Shown here one piece after another: positions 45,642 through 57,484 of a DNA stretch of 64,000 nucleotides (position 1 is the stretch's first letter; each line of letters starts with the position of its first letter). The translations under genes were made by a program, and so were the position numbers. The notes under the pieces were generated by a model. The model ran no database searches, was not told the origin of the DNA, and saw only the letters and a program-made list of their open reading frames with translations. Origin of the DNA: Minutocellus sp. GHC0000111 (Eukaryota); the NCBI GenBank assembly GCA_977018835.1, contig OZ361256.1, forward strand, positions 3,162,001 through 3,226,000. Direction: 5' to 3'.

Positions 45642-46097
45642 GGTTCCAATCGAGTTCAGGTCACCACCTGATGATGAGAAAGCAGCCAGCACGAAATGGG
45701 TGAATGACGCAGAAAGAGCGCAAGCAGTCGGCGGAATTCGAACGGCGAAGTTTTTAGTCCGGAGCACTGGATTTGATGGCCACAAAGGGCAAGACTGTGG
45801 AAGAGTGCGCCAAGTTGAGAGCTGCGGCACAGCCGACGGGGCGGAATGGTACACCGGAGGAGGTGGTAGATGCTGCTCTATTTTTGGCCAAGCTATCTGA
45901 CGGGAGAGCTCATGAAGGTGGATGGCGGATTGCATTTGTCGAGCTGGTTCAATCGGCCGAAAATTACCAAGGAATTTGTCGGTGGGACGGATTAGGTCGA
46001 GGCTTCATACATTGTATCTGCGCATTAGAAATTACCAATATTTGCATTAGAATGACCTTACATGTATTTCTACTTCTGGAGCGCTCATTTGAAAGCT

Positions 46098-47184
46098 TCA
46101 ATCCTTGAAGCCGGCGCCTTTGATCATTTGCTTCAGCTCCATAACCCTCTTGCATTCCTCACGATGCCCATCGTCCGAGGCAGCCCAGTGCAGCTTCTGA
46201 CATTCAATGCTACAGTAGCAATGGGTTTTGCACCCCTTGCAAAGCTTCCGGGATTTCGTATCCAAGGGATCACCGCACCATTTACAATGCTTCCTCATTT
46301 CGCGCAAACGGGCCTGTATGTTGGGGGTTATTCCCGGTGGCCTGTCGTCGGGGTTTTGCTTCATACCACCAATTTTGCCTAAATTCATCCAAAAATTTGC
46401 CTCAGACACCCGATCCAATATCCAGCAACAATCCATTGCGCCATACGCGACTCTGTAGTCTTTTACGCCGCCGAAAAAAGATTAAGCGTACCATTTCAGT
46501 GCCAGATGCATTTGGTCCGTATTGTAGTATGCATCGCCAAGACCACACTGCGCCAAAGCAAGGGAGGCCTTGGCCAAAGTCACACCATCTTTCGCTAGAG
46601 GCACAAAGACTGCTATCGCCTTTTCGAACTGGCGAAGACGATTGAGAGCAACGCCAAGATTCAACAACTCTCTACCATGGCTATCAATAAGTCCAGGGTC
46701 GATCGCCAGCGCTTTCTCTGCGCATTCCACTCCCTTATAGACGTCACGAGCACACCCTTCACCACTGCAAAGGTGACAGCTCAATTCGAGGAGCGCAGTG
46801 GTGTGGCCCTGGGCCGCTGCCTTCCGATACCATCGAACAGCCTCGAAATCCGACTCGGTTACTTGATTTCCGCAACGATAGCGCTTTGCGAGCATGTGCT
46901 GTGCCCATGCATGGCCTCTCTTTGCCTGCTTCTTGTTCAAAACGACAAGGTTGGTGGCCGTGGCATGACAGAACGGACATCGGGTAGCATTCGCGTCCAA
47001 GTCCAAGTTCGCATTGTCTTTTATCACATTGATCACACACATCTTTACCGCAGCACAAGTTAATAGTAGTGACAGATCCGCAATGAATTTTTCGCGGGCA
47101 AGCTGCGCAGCGGAAGGGATCGTCATTGGTGTTGAGGATGCCCTTGAGCAAGGCGGACGGCTTTGGTGCCTCGGTATCCGTCAT
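46098..47184 (-). pseudogene. RING-like + Sel1 repeats + MYND zinc finger protein, disrupted
   Basis: CAAC..LCCGK.VC..C..CPFC, AVRWYRKAAAQGH, and MYND CKWC...CKGCK..YCSIECQKLHW..HREEC. Frameshift near 47015 and in-frame TAA at 46482-46484. Confidence 0.75.
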
Positions 47185-47463
47185 TCTTTTTTTTCTTATT
47201 TGCCGTTGAGTGTGACAGATGCGTAATCAAATCAGCTAGCGGTCGAAGAGTTCGATTTAATATCGATGCAATGTTGGTAAAGGTATTTGCGGGCGACAGT
47301 AACTCCTGGCAGTAGCAACGACCGTGGCAGTAGTAACGCCTATTCCCTCTCTCGCGCCAGTCTCGCGCTCCTTGGAAATGAGATCGGCGGTCCCGCCGCG
47401 GGACCAGCTGCTTGACCATTGCCGCTGCTGTTGCTGCCATGCGTATGCATTTCAAAATGCACG

Positions 47464-48605
47464 ATGAGGGGCAAGAAGCGGCCGCTCTGCTCCTTGCTAC
47501 TGGCGGCAGCCGCGCCTAGCACAGCAGTAGCATTCTCATCACATGGCCGTGCCATATCTTCTTTGGTGCATCCACGTTCTGCGGTACTTGTACGTCCAAC
47601 ATGCCTTCATACATCATCATCATCGTCATCGTCGTCGTCATCCTTCTGCAACAGCACTGACGAACCAGCAAATGCCGACGAATACGGCCCGTATGACTTT
47701 GCGATAACCGATAGCACTAATCTCGACGATGCCCTGCGCCCAACACCTCTCGAGGCGATATCCAATCCACGCGATTTGCTGGCCGTCCTTCTGCTATCGT
47801 GTGGCGTGGTGGTATCCGTTTGCAACATTACCGGTCGGTACGACGAAACCTATCGGCTTTGGGAGCAACTATCAGTGGCATTAGGCTTTACGTCGTTTGT
47901 GGCAGCACTAATCCAACTGCGACTGGGTACGAACTCTCTCCCAGACCACGAAGGGGAGTGATTGATGACAGCTGCATGAATTTGTACGCCGGGCTGTACA
48001 GCGGATTCGTTAGCTGGTTGGCCCTCCGTGCCTCCAGCTTTTGTCCTGGCTGGGTAGAGCGCCTGGACGTGGTATTGCCGTGGGTCTTCTCTCTGGCTGC
48101 ACCGATTATTACATTGGTTGAGAATGAAAGCGTGGGAAGTTTGGATACTGCCGAGCAGAACTCGAGTATCTCCGGAACAATCACCAGACTTGCCAGACGA
48201 TGGACGGGTCTGGGCGCCGCAGAGGCAGATGAGCTGAGAATACCTCCCGCTCTGTCAGATACAGAACTGTTCCGAACCAAGGGTTTGCTGGCAATCGGTG
48301 TCCTCGGGTGTGTCTTCGTTCCCGACTGCATCAGCTTTGCGATAGGGTCATCTGCCTGGTGGGATCGGGTGACTGCCATACATCCCTCTCAGCGATTGCT
48401 GGAAAGCAGCACGGCCTTGTTTGCGCTGTACAGCACCGAGGCCAGTATGGTGGCAACGAGAGCAGCCAACAAGGGAGTAGCCGAGTATAGAGTCATGGTG
48501 CCAGTCTTTGCGGGAGTATGCCTAGTGCTTGCTATTATTCCTTGTGCGTGCAGCTTGTACTGGTTGGGAGATGATGTCTCCTTTTTCTCGTTCTATCGGG
48601 AGTAG
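47464..48605 (+). CDS. Putative plastid-targeted multi-pass membrane protein of unknown function; frameshift near 47925
   Basis: Presequence ...LLLAAAAPSTAVAFSS plus Ser/Arg-rich transit peptide, and several TM helices over ORFs 47419-47961 and 47799-48605. Confidence 0.7.
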
Positions 48606-48868
48606 AGTTTGCAATGAGCACATTTTTAGAATGTAACATTCCTTCGCCCAAGTTCTACTATTGACTGTTAGCTACGAGTAGAAAAACTCTCTCTTCAAAG
48701 TATGGTATTTCAATTTCTAATTCAGTTATGTCTCTAAATGGCGGTGGCTATCATATGCTCCACTAGACACGGGACAAAGGTGTTCTCTATGCATTGCTCT
48801 TCGTTTCTTCTTTAGCGCATTTATAAATATCAAGTGCCGACTTTTTCGTTGAATGCACTCTCTCTTGC

Positions 48869-49471
48869 TCAAGCGGCGGCTGCCTTGTTCTCTCTGGCGG
48901 TGAGAATCTCGGTTGCAACCTCTAAGGTTCTTGTTTTGGGTGCCAGAATGTGTAGTTCTTCGGTGATTTGAGTCGAGTTGAACATTTCGCCGAGCTCAAC
49001 CGTTGGGCAGCTGTTTGCTCGTCGGTGGCGATGACCATGGTTGTGTGTTGGGGTGTTGTTGGGGGGAGGAATCGAGCGTTGCGCTGTGGCGATCGCAGCA
49101 GCAAAGGTGGCCGCATCGGTTCCTCGTCGTAGGCCGAGATCAGTATCGTTGGTGGTCGTATTCTGAAATTTGTATCTGTGGAAGGAGGATGTCACGTCGG
49201 TCGAAGCATGCTCATCCTTGATCCTTCCCAATTTGATGTGTTTCGACATTAGTTTATCCTCAACGCGTGCAGAAGCTGCAGATAGTTTGGCGTAAATGGT
49301 GCTGGGTTCGAGTTCATCATCCTCGGTGTCGGTATCGCTGTCGCTGTCCTCGAAATCGTCGTCGTCAAGGATGAGCTGGCTGAACCATTCCAGCGCCGAA
49401 GCTTCGTACGAGATGGGGCCGTTGCTGGAGGTCTCGTTCCAGAGGCAGCAGCTGCTTTCGTTGGCGTGCAT
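48869..49471 (-). CDS. Hypothetical protein
   Basis: ORF of ~200 aa with an acidic tract and an HRRANS motif; no recognisable domain. Confidence 0.5.
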   Translation of the reverse strand: MHANESSCCLWNETSSNGPISYEASALEWFSQLILDDDDFEDSDSDTDTEDDELEPSTIYAKLSAASARVEDKLMSKHIKLGRIKDEHASTDVTSSFHRYKFQNTTTNDTDLGLRRGTDAATFAAAIATAQRSIPPPNNTPTHNHGHRHRRANSCPTVELGEMFNSTQITEELHILAPKTRTLEVATEILTARENKAAAA

Positions 49472-50216
49472 AGTTGTTCGTCTGTATCTCTTTTGGAGTT
49501 GATACTGGTTGGCTTGGAGAGTCAAGCTTTATTTATCCAAGAGTTGTGACGTGCCGGGATGGACTCGACTCTTGGTGCACAAGGAGGTTGGGATTGTGTG
49601 GGTTGGTTGACTTGGCTACCGTGGTTGGTGGTTATGGTTGGTGCCGCGAATTTGCGGTGTCAATTTATGAGGTCCATTTATGACGCCTGCCTCAAGACAT
49701 GCCAAGAACGGGCGACTTTCTGGGCTGTCCTGATTTTCAGAAATTCTTGCTGCTATCAATGAGACATGCGTCCTCCTTCTCCGTGCGTGCGGTCGAGTGC
49801 AGTCAATGTATGCGGCCAAAGCAAAAGTGTGATCAAAATTCAAGGCCGAGTTTCAGATTTGCACTGTGTCTGCTGTTTGCATGCGGACTCTGCATGCGAA
49901 CCCTCACTGCGAACCTCAACGGCAAGCCGTTCGCCGCAAGGTGGCGAGAATGAACACGCCAGTAGATCTCGATCTAGTAGAGCTCTAGCTAGACTAGTCC
50001 CTACTACATGTACAAAGGCTAGTTGCAATGGCAGGCGTCTTCGCTAGTAGATCGTTCTACCGGTAGCACATCATACATTTCAATTCATCTCTTTTTTACA
50101 TACACCAACATTATTTGTGCTCTTTTCGTCGAAGAAAGACAACACTGGACTGGGTGGTACAGCCCTTCAGTCGGCCAATGCTCTGCCGCCTTCTCTTTGA
50201 TTTCAGATGTATCTCA

Positions 50217-51266
50217 TCAAAACGATGCAGCGCTATGCGTGCACGCCGGCTCACCAAAGTTGTACGGCCAGGCCCCGCTCCAGGCGCTGGACTCGGCCTG
50301 CCACCATCGAGGGTCGCTGACCTCCCACGTGCCGCCGACGGCGTCGTGGATCTTGCCATCGGGACAGGCGCTGGCGACGGTGTAGCACTTGCCACCGCAA
50401 TAGGGACGGAATTGGAGCGGGCAGTAGTATGCCATGCGAGATGGCATGACTGCTGCCAGGCATGGATCCGCGTTCGAGCATTGGCCGAACTTGACGCCGA
50501 AGAAGGTCATGTCCTGATCGTCACCGCCACCACCCTCGCAGGACATCATGGGGACGTTGGCAAGGGAGGAGGCACCCCCGGATGACGTGCTGCCCTCGGG
50601 ATTACGGCCGACCTGGGAAGGGTCCTTGACGGTCCACGTGTTGAAGTTGTTCTCGGTGTTGGCGCCACTGGACGTGCCCTTGTAGTATCCATTGGGCGAG
50701 GTGTAGCCTGTCATTCCGGGAGGGAGCGTAAATGTCTGTCCATTGCATGTGCCCGTAGTGGAAGTGGAAGTGGAAGTGGATGTCGTAGGCTTGGTGGAAG
50801 TATTGGTGGAAGTAGAAGTCTGCTTGTAGGTGCCCGCCGTGCTGGTGGTCGGCTGCTTCGCTTCCTTGGCCTGCTTGTCGGCGTTGTTGTCGTCCTTCTT
50901 GTCCTTGTCGCTGTCCTTATCATCGTCGTCATCATTTTTCTTCTTGTTGCTTCCACCGCTACCGCCGCTGCTCTTCTTCTTCTTTTTGCTGTCCTTCTTC
51001 AACTTGCGATCCTCCTGGCGACGGCCGGCCTTGCGATCTTGGATCATGTCGTCGACGGGATCGGCCTCCGCATCGATGACATCGGGAGTAGCTGCCGCGC
51101 GGAGGCTGGCACGACGACGACGCTGCTGACGCTGCTGCTTGGTCGTCGGTAAATGACCGTCCGTATCAGAGTTGGCGGCAGCGGCCGATGGACGTGCCGC
51201 CGAAGCGGACGTCGCCAGCAGACCGACGAGGAGGACGGCAGATTTGGGAAGCCACGACGATACCAT
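50217..51266 (-). CDS. Secreted protein with RKL-type processing site, Lys/Asp- and Thr-rich tracts and Cys-rich C-terminal domain
   Basis: Signal peptide MVSSWLPKSAVLLVGLLATSASA and EDRKLKKDSKKKKKSSGG; intact 349-aa ORF. Confidence 0.75.
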   Translation of the reverse strand: MVSSWLPKSAVLLVGLLATSASAARPSAAAANSDTDGHLPTTKQQRQQRRRRASLRAAATPDVIDAEADPVDDMIQDRKAGRRQEDRKLKKDSKKKKKSSGGSGGSNKKKNDDDDDKDSDKDKKDDNNADKQAKEAKQPTTSTAGTYKQTSTSTNTSTKPTTSTSTSTSTTGTCNGQTFTLPPGMTGYTSPNGYYKGTSSGANTENNFNTWTVKDPSQVGRNPEGSTSSGGASSLANVPMMSCEGGGGDDQDMTFFGVKFGQCSNADPCLAAVMPSRMAYYCPLQFRPYCGGKCYTVASACPDGKIHDAVGGTWEVSDPRWWQAESSAWSGAWPYNFGEPACTHSAASF

Positions 51267-52069
51267 GATTGTATTTCTTTATTCGTTGATCTGTTGATCT
51301 GCTGTTGTTGTTGATGATGATGATGATGAGCTGGAGGATATCAAATGAATGAATTGAATTGTAGGACGAAAGTAGAGTGGCATGGAATGGCAATCTCGTG
51401 TGTCGAACCGGCAATGGAAATGAATTGTGGAGGAGGCGGGCAAGTCTTTTGGCAAACAATTATTTTGGTCAGACAGCACAAATCCGCAAGGCCACGTACC
51501 ACCGCCATGGATGCGAGTGGGTCTAAAGGACAATGATTTGTTGGTAGCTGCGCGCACCTGATGGCTTTGGCGGGTTCCAATGTTCATTTTCGAGGAGGAA
51601 TTTGGACGATCAAGTGGCACAAGCCGAAAAAATGACTTGAAAAAAGGGTTTCTGTGTCGTCATCATGTCATCGACATCGTTCAAAAAAGGGCCTGACCTT
51701 CCTGGACGCCGACGACGGAACCAGCCAACCATCATCTTCGCAAGGAAGACGAAAGCCCAAGAGTAGGATTCCTACATCTTGGTTGGATTCAACAGCAATA
51801 CTGGGCGCCGGCACTCTGGACTTGCAGTCTACATTGCGTCGATTTTTGAGTGACTGGCTGGTCCTGTTCTCGGTTCCTCCCTTAAAGGAGCTTGCTGGCT
51901 GATCGATCGTGGCGGGTTCTTCGTTTCGGGGTGGGAAGCACAGACTTGAAGAAGAACAATAAGTCAGTCAAGAGAGTGCAAGTGAAAAGTGCTCTTGCCG
52001 AGCAGGCAGACGATCGCGTACCATTTGAGAGCATCTGGGCCATATCAGCATATACAGTGGGGATTGATC

Positions 52070-55000
52070 ATGTCCTCGTCGACTGGCGGCGAAAGTGGTA
52101 ACGGGGTCCCATCTTCGGCGGCGGGCAATAATGTTCCGTCAGCAGCCGCCGCGTTGGCGCCGGCACCTCCTGCCTCTGCAACCGCCGGCAGCACCGCCGG
52201 CAACAGTAATAGCAGAATATCGCTCACCCTCCCGGGCAAGAAGAAGCGGAAGCGCCGGCGGCTGCTGGCCCACCACCCGTCGGCGGCGCATGCGCACGGC
52301 GGAGGCGGTGGGGGGGGCAACAGCTCCGACGGGGGCAGCTCCTCGTCGGGCTTTTCGTCGGACGAGTACGCCTCCGATGACAACAACAACAACATCAGCA
52401 ATATCAGCAATATCAGCAATGCCAACATAGCTGCGAGTGTCGGAGGGCTGGGCGGTACGGCGACGATGAATGCAGCCAGCGCGCAGCACGATCCTGCCCT
52501 CTTGTCGCCGCAGCAGGCGGCGGCTGCATCGTCATCGGGCGGTGGCATTTCAAATAATATCAACCCAACAGGCACTGCAGCAGCATCAGCATCACCCGCC
52601 GGCGACGCCGCGTCGGTTGCCTCCGCATCTGCTTCCGTCGCCTCCGCCTCGTCGGCCACCTCGACCGACCAGAACAAATGCCAGGCCAAGGAGATTGCTC
52701 GCGATACCATCGGCGTCGGCGAGGCGCAGTGCTTCCAGGGGATGAACCCGCACGAGGTCGTCATGGTCGACGGGCGGGCCGTCAAGGTTTCGGCCAGGCC
52801 GGTCGTGGCGTCTACTTCTGCTGCGGGTGCTGCTGCTGCTGCGGCTGCGGGTGCTTCCAATAGTGCCGCAGCCGGTGGTGCTTCAGACGAGGCTCGTGGT
52901 ACTGGCGTTGGTGCCGGTGACAACATGTCTTGCACGGATCTGCTTACTGGTGGCGGCAATACCAGTACTGACAACGATGGTGGTGGCGGAACCAACACCG
53001 CCGGCAGCGTCCAGGAGATGATGCAGAGGGTGGCCGCGCAGCAGCTCGTGGCGCGGCACAACCAGCAGCAGCATCGCCATCCACAGCACTACCAGAACCA
53101 TCATCATCATCACAGCCACGGCGGCAATTCCATCGAAGGGACGACGAATCACAACAGTCACAGCCACGACGAAAGCGACCTCGTCATGGCCGGCTCGTCG
53201 TCGTCCATGAAGGATTCCGTGGAGTCCGACTCCAACGGCATCGGTAGCGGAACCGGATCCGACCAGCAGCCCGACGGGTGGAGGGTCAAGCTGTACCGGC
53301 TCAATCCCGACGGGACGTGGGACGACTGCGGGACGGGGAGGATCGTTTGTCTCATCCATGGGAGGCACGACGGACCGCCGTACAAGAAGAAGCGGCGGTT
53401 GAGCAACGGTAGTGGAAGTGGTAGTAGTGGGAACGGAAGTGATGCGGAGAGCACAGCATCAGCAACGGTGGCAGAGCCGCATGCGGCAACGGCGGCGGCG
53501 ACGACAGGCACAGCGACGGACCCACCGACGACTCTCGAGGGGCTGTACTCGCATCTCGGCGAACCGACTCTCCTCATGAGGGCGGAGATCAGTCATCATC
53601 CGCACGGACAGCATCAGCATCATCAACACCACCATCGGCATCACACCGGTCAAGAGGGGGGCGCAGGTCAACCGGAACACGATGCAGGCGTCGAGGCCGA
53701 CGGTGCCAATTCGGCTTCGGCGGCGGCGGCGGCGGCAGCGCAGCAGCATCCATCTCCTACCGCCACGGTCGTACTCCGAACGCGCGTCCTGCTGAGCGGC
53801 GACGCGTATCAAAGGCAGGGAGAGAACATCATCACGTGGTCCGAACCATGCTTCGGCGATGAGGGGAGCGAGTCCGGCGCCTCCTCGTCGGATGCCGAGA
53901 GCGCATCTGACACGTCCGATAGCGAGGGCGAGTCCGGCGGTACTGGCGGTGGCAGTAGCAGCGGCGGCGTAGGGGGAGGAGGCAGCAGCAGCAGCAGTCC
54001 GAGAGTGTCGCCCAAGTCCAAGAGCGCCGAGGAGGGTGGTATATCTGCTTCGTCTGCCGCCGACGATGACGAGCCTCCGCCAGGGGTCGATCTGGCCCTG
54101 TCCTTCCAGGACAACGCAGGTTGTTTGGACATATGGAGCAAAATCACCAACGTCCAGGCCAGGGCAGTGGAGATTGTCAACCACAACTCGCACGGTGGTC
54201 GGCCAGGTGCGGCCCGGGGCCTTCTGGATCCGGCCGGCCACCATGGAGATCATCATCACAGACATGGTCATCATCATCACCGCCACGGACATCATTCACA
54301 TGGACACGGCGGCACCCAGCGTTCGCCCCTTCTGGATGGCATGGACGCCGACGAGCACGATCATATCGGTGACAAGCAACATCCTTCGCTGCTGGACCAC
54401 TTGGCGGACGACGATGGCGAGACCCAATCGGACGACGTAGTGTCCAAGCTTGCCGCGGCAGCTGCGGCGGCTCGAGCGGAACCAGGTGACATCATCGATC
54501 GACACCAGGAGGGTGGTGGACAGGATCTAATGTCGCTTGGTGGAGCGCACGGAGACCACGCATCAGCCTTAGCATCAATGGCCGAGATGGGCGATGAAGT
54601 CGACGGCGTCTCCTTGCCACCACCGACGGCGGATAATTTGCCCAACATAACAACGACGCTTAGCACGGTGCCCCTGCCCTCCCAAAGAGAATCCTATGCG
54701 ATATTCCTGTCTCAGAATGAGTGCGCCTACCTTCGCAATCTGCTGTCATTATTTAACCCTGCCGAGCAGCGAGGCGATTTTCCGACTCTCGCCACACTTG
54801 CAGCCTGTGTCAAGACGGTCCTTCTTCTCAACGATGCTGCCATCATTGAGCCCATTATTGAGTTCGGACCTCTCTTTGAGGATGTTTGCGCCGCGTTGGA
54901 GTACGATCCAGACCTTCGAACAAAGGCCCGGCATCGTCACTTTTTGCGAAATTGCACCAAGTTCCGTACAGTCATCCAGATGGACGAACGCGAAGGTGGT

Positions 55001-57346
55001 CCTGACAGAGAACTCATCGAAGCCATCTTTCGCAGTTTCCGCGTTGGATATCTTCGAGACACGATTTTGCGACCCACGATGGACGAAAGCAGTCTGTCTA
55101 CGCTGAGTAGTCTAGGCTCTTTCATCAGCACCGATGTTGTCCGCGGCGTCATGGTTCCCCCTAACGAAGGTATTGAAGGCAGCTACCTCAGCAGAGTCCT
55201 GAAGGTCCTCGCGACGGAACTTATTGAAGTGCGCAAGCTGGAGCACCAAAGCGCCAAGGAGAATGGTGGTGTCCTACAACCTCTGATGAGCAATACCGCA
55301 CCACCTACAGCGCAGCCGCCTCCAGGACCATGGGCACAGCATCTATCACCTCAGGATTTATCGTTAGCCTCACGCCGGACGCGACGATCAGACTGCCTCC
55401 GGTTTTTACGTGAGCTTTTTAGCATGGTCCGGGAGAATCTCCAACAGAGCGACAGGGATGATTTCTTCGAGACCATGTGCATTATGGAGGTACCCCTGGG
55501 ACATGACGCGGACCAGACCACGGAAAATACCGCCCAGATGGATTCAGACGGCGATGGCATCAAACTCCTTTCTCTATTGGGTTGCATCCTTTCAGATCCC
55601 AACGCTACTATATCGGAAAAGTCTGCCGTGTTAGAGATAGTGAGCAGTATTGCAGTCCATGATCCCTGTTTGGTCCGTAGGCATTGCCTGGAAGAACTCC
55701 AAAAGGATCTTCCCAGCCGGCCAACCCCCGATAACAACTCGGCAGTAATCTTTGTTCCTCGGAAGCCTGATCTACTTCTCTCCCTTCTTTCCTCACTGGC
55801 AGTGGAAGTTGATGCTGGACTCCTCCTCCAAGTGAGTGAGGTTTTGAGGATTGTTCTGGATACAGACATGGCTCACACCGATATGGTCGGTGGCGAGCTG
55901 AATGGATTTGGCGCATCCTCCGGTGGCGGCGGACTCGGCCACGGCGATGGTGGTAGTGGTTCATCGTTCCTTGATAATGAAAGCGGAACAGGACAGGGAG
56001 GTGGCGATAATGGCGACACCTTTGGCGATTCGTCGTCGTCTGGACAAGGCGGCATGATAGGAATGGCGCTTGACGACTCTCCCGATGCCCCTCAAGGTTC
56101 GGTCGAATCGGCAATCAAGGAAGAAAATCGATTCCTCTCCTTATTTTACGAGTTCTACGTTGCTTGGCTTGTGGCTCCCTTTCAGTATATCATCCTCATA
56201 CCAAGCATTGCGCCCCTCCTGACCGAATCTGCTCAATTTGCGTCGCAGCAATCCGAAGTGGAGGTTGTGACAATGAAAACGGTGCCGCCATGCGCTGTCC
56301 GGGCATCATTTGCCATTGAGATCCTTAGTTTCTGCGTCCGTGCACATGTCTACAGGATGAAATTCTATGTTCTCCGAAGCCGCGTCCTTGGCACCATCCT
56401 TGGACTTCTTGGTCCTTCTCCCAGTATGAACGGAAGCAGCAAGCGGTCATATTCCTCCCCTCGGTCCGTCGACCGATGCCTCAAGCTGTCCGCTTTGCGC
56501 TTCCTCCGAGCAGTACTATCGGTTCGTGACGAGTTCTACCATCGCCACATCATTCAACAAGACCTCTTTCAGCCGGTCTTTGATGCCTTCCGCGAAAATC
56601 CTGTAGGAGATAATCTGGTATCGAGTGCTGTCATTGAAATGTGCGACTACATCCGGATTGAAAATATTCGAAGCCTCGTTGAATATGTCGCCACCAGACA
56701 TTTGGGAGGAGGAGATGATGGTATCAACGGCGAGAATGCAGGCAGCAGACACCGTCGACAGGTCAGCCTGGAAGAAGTAGCGGCGCCCCATACCGATACC
56801 CTTGAGCAACTGCGGCAGAAGTACGAAGAGAATCTACTAACGGTTGGCGGTGGAAGTAATGTTGGGGGTCGTGGACAAGAAGGTCCAATGGACGAGAATC
56901 AACCCCCTCGATCTCGATACTTTGACGACGATGATAGGAGTGCCAGTAGCAGCGCGTCCGGTCCAGTGGGCGGTAGAGTTGCCATGAACGAACGGGCAAG
57001 AGAAGATCAACGAAAGTTCCGAGCACTTGAGGACGAAGAAGCATTCTTTGCCGAAGGTGACGACGACGATGAAGAGGACAACAACGTAGATATGAGAGTC
57101 ATCCGCCCAAGTGGTGTTGCATCACCTCCACCTCCGAGCGGCGCGGTTTCGTCCGCTCTTCCCCCCGCTCTTCAGCAGTTGCAAGAACTTGAGAGTCATC
57201 GAGCCTCGAGCGCAGCGGCGGCGGCGGCACCGTCAGAACTCAGTAACGAAGGGATGGGAAGGAGTAGCGTTGACGATCGATCGCTGATCACGCCAACACC
57301 GCCCTCCAGTGATGGAAAGAATCAAGTTGCCTCGGACGCGGCATAA
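52070..57346 (+). CDS. PP4R3: Serine/threonine-protein phosphatase 4 regulatory subunit 3 (SMEK/Psy2)
   Basis: EVH1-like [30 protein letters not shown] and [19 protein letters not shown]-1 region LEYDP..HRHFL and [10 protein letters not shown]-terminal [20 protein letters not shown] and [11 protein letters not shown]. Confidence 0.93.
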   Translation: MSSSTGGESGNGVPSSAAGNNVPSAAAALAPAPPASATAGSTAGNSNSRISLTLPGKKKRKRRRLLAHHPSAAHAHGGGGGGGNSSDGGSSSSGFSSDEYASDDNNNNISNISNISNANIAASVGGLGGTATMNAASAQHDPALLSPQQAAAASSSGGGISNNINPTGTAAASASPAGDAASVASASASVASASSATSTDQNKCQAKEIARDTIGVGEAQCFQGMNPHEVVMVDGRAVKVSARPVVASTSAAGAAAAAAAGASNSAAAGGASDEARGTGVGAGDNMSCTDLLTGGGNTSTDNDGGGGTNTAGSVQEMMQRVAAQQLVARHNQQQHRHPQHYQNHHHHHSHGGNSIEGTTNHNSHSHDESDLVMAGSSSSMKDSVESDSNGIGSGTGSDQQPDGWRVKLYRLNPDGTWDDCGTGRIVCLIHGRHDGPPYKKKRRLSNGSGSGSSGNGSDAESTASATVAEPHAATAAATTGTATDPPTTLEGLYSHLGEPTLLMRAEISHHPHGQHQHHQHHHRHHTGQEGGAGQPEHDAGVEADGANSASAAAAAAAQQHPSPTATVVLRTRVLLSGDAYQRQGENIITWSEPCFGDEGSESGASSSDAESASDTSDSEGESGGTGGGSSSGGVGGGGSSSSSPRVSPKSKSAEEGGISASSAADDDEPPPGVDLALSFQDNAGCLDIWSKITNVQARAVEIVNHNSHGGRPGAARGLLDPAGHHGDHHHRHGHHHHRHGHHSHGHGGTQRSPLLDGMDADEHDHIGDKQHPSLLDHLADDDGETQSDDVVSKLAAAAAAARAEPGDIIDRHQEGGGQDLMSLGGAHGDHASALASMAEMGDEVDGVSLPPPTADNLPNITTTLSTVPLPSQRESYAIFLSQNECAYLRNLLSLFNPAEQRGDFPTLATLAACVKTVLLLNDAAIIEPIIEFGPLFEDVCAALEYDPDLRTKARHRHFLRNCTKFRTVIQMDEREGGPDRELIEAIFRSFRVGYLRDTILRPTMDESSLSTLSSLGSFISTDVVRGVMVPPNEGIEGSYLSRVLKVLATELIEVRKLEHQSAKENGGVLQPLMSNTAPPTAQPPPGPWAQHLSPQDLSLASRRTRRSDCLRFLRELFSMVRENLQQSDRDDFFETMCIMEVPLGHDADQTTENTAQMDSDGDGIKLLSLLGCILSDPNATISEKSAVLEIVSSIAVHDPCLVRRHCLEELQKDLPSRPTPDNNSAVIFVPRKPDLLLSLLSSLAVEVDAGLLLQVSEVLRIVLDTDMAHTDMVGGELNGFGASSGGGGLGHGDGGSGSSFLDNESGTGQGGGDNGDTFGDSSSSGQGGMIGMALDDSPDAPQGSVESAIKEENRFLSLFYEFYVAWLVAPFQYIILIPSIAPLLTESAQFASQQSEVEVVTMKTVPPCAVRASFAIEILSFCVRAHVYRMKFYVLRSRVLGTILGLLGPSPSMNGSSKRSYSSPRSVDRCLKLSALRFLRAVLSVRDEFYHRHIIQQDLFQPVFDAFRENPVGDNLVSSAVIEMCDYIRIENIRSLVEYVATRHLGGGDDGINGENAGSRHRRQVSLEEVAAPHTDTLEQLRQKYEENLLTVGGGSNVGGRGQEGPMDENQPPRSRYFDDDDRSASSSASGPVGGRVAMNERAREDQRKFRALEDEEAFFAEGDDDDEEDNNVDMRVIRPSGVASPPPPSGAVSSALPPALQQLQELESHRASSAAAAAAPSELSNEGMGRSSVDDRSLITPTPPSSDGKNQVASDAA

Positions 57347-57484
57347 GGATAATCTGACGTTGACGCATGATTATTATATAGTATTATCTCTTTCAGTTTG
57401 TTTGAACTGGGCTCAGCCTTGCATACCAATTGGTACAAATAGCACAGACTGTCTCCCACACACACTCACCTCCAAGGACAACAA

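Noticed and set aside
4480..46484. Alternative genetic code (TAG/TAA read as sense), suggested by in-frame stops at 4480 and 46482
   Set aside because: Intact genes here end at TAA or TAG in the expected places (bestrophin, SET, PP4R3, PIF1), long conserved ORFs contain no internal TAR, and both affected genes have other lesions.
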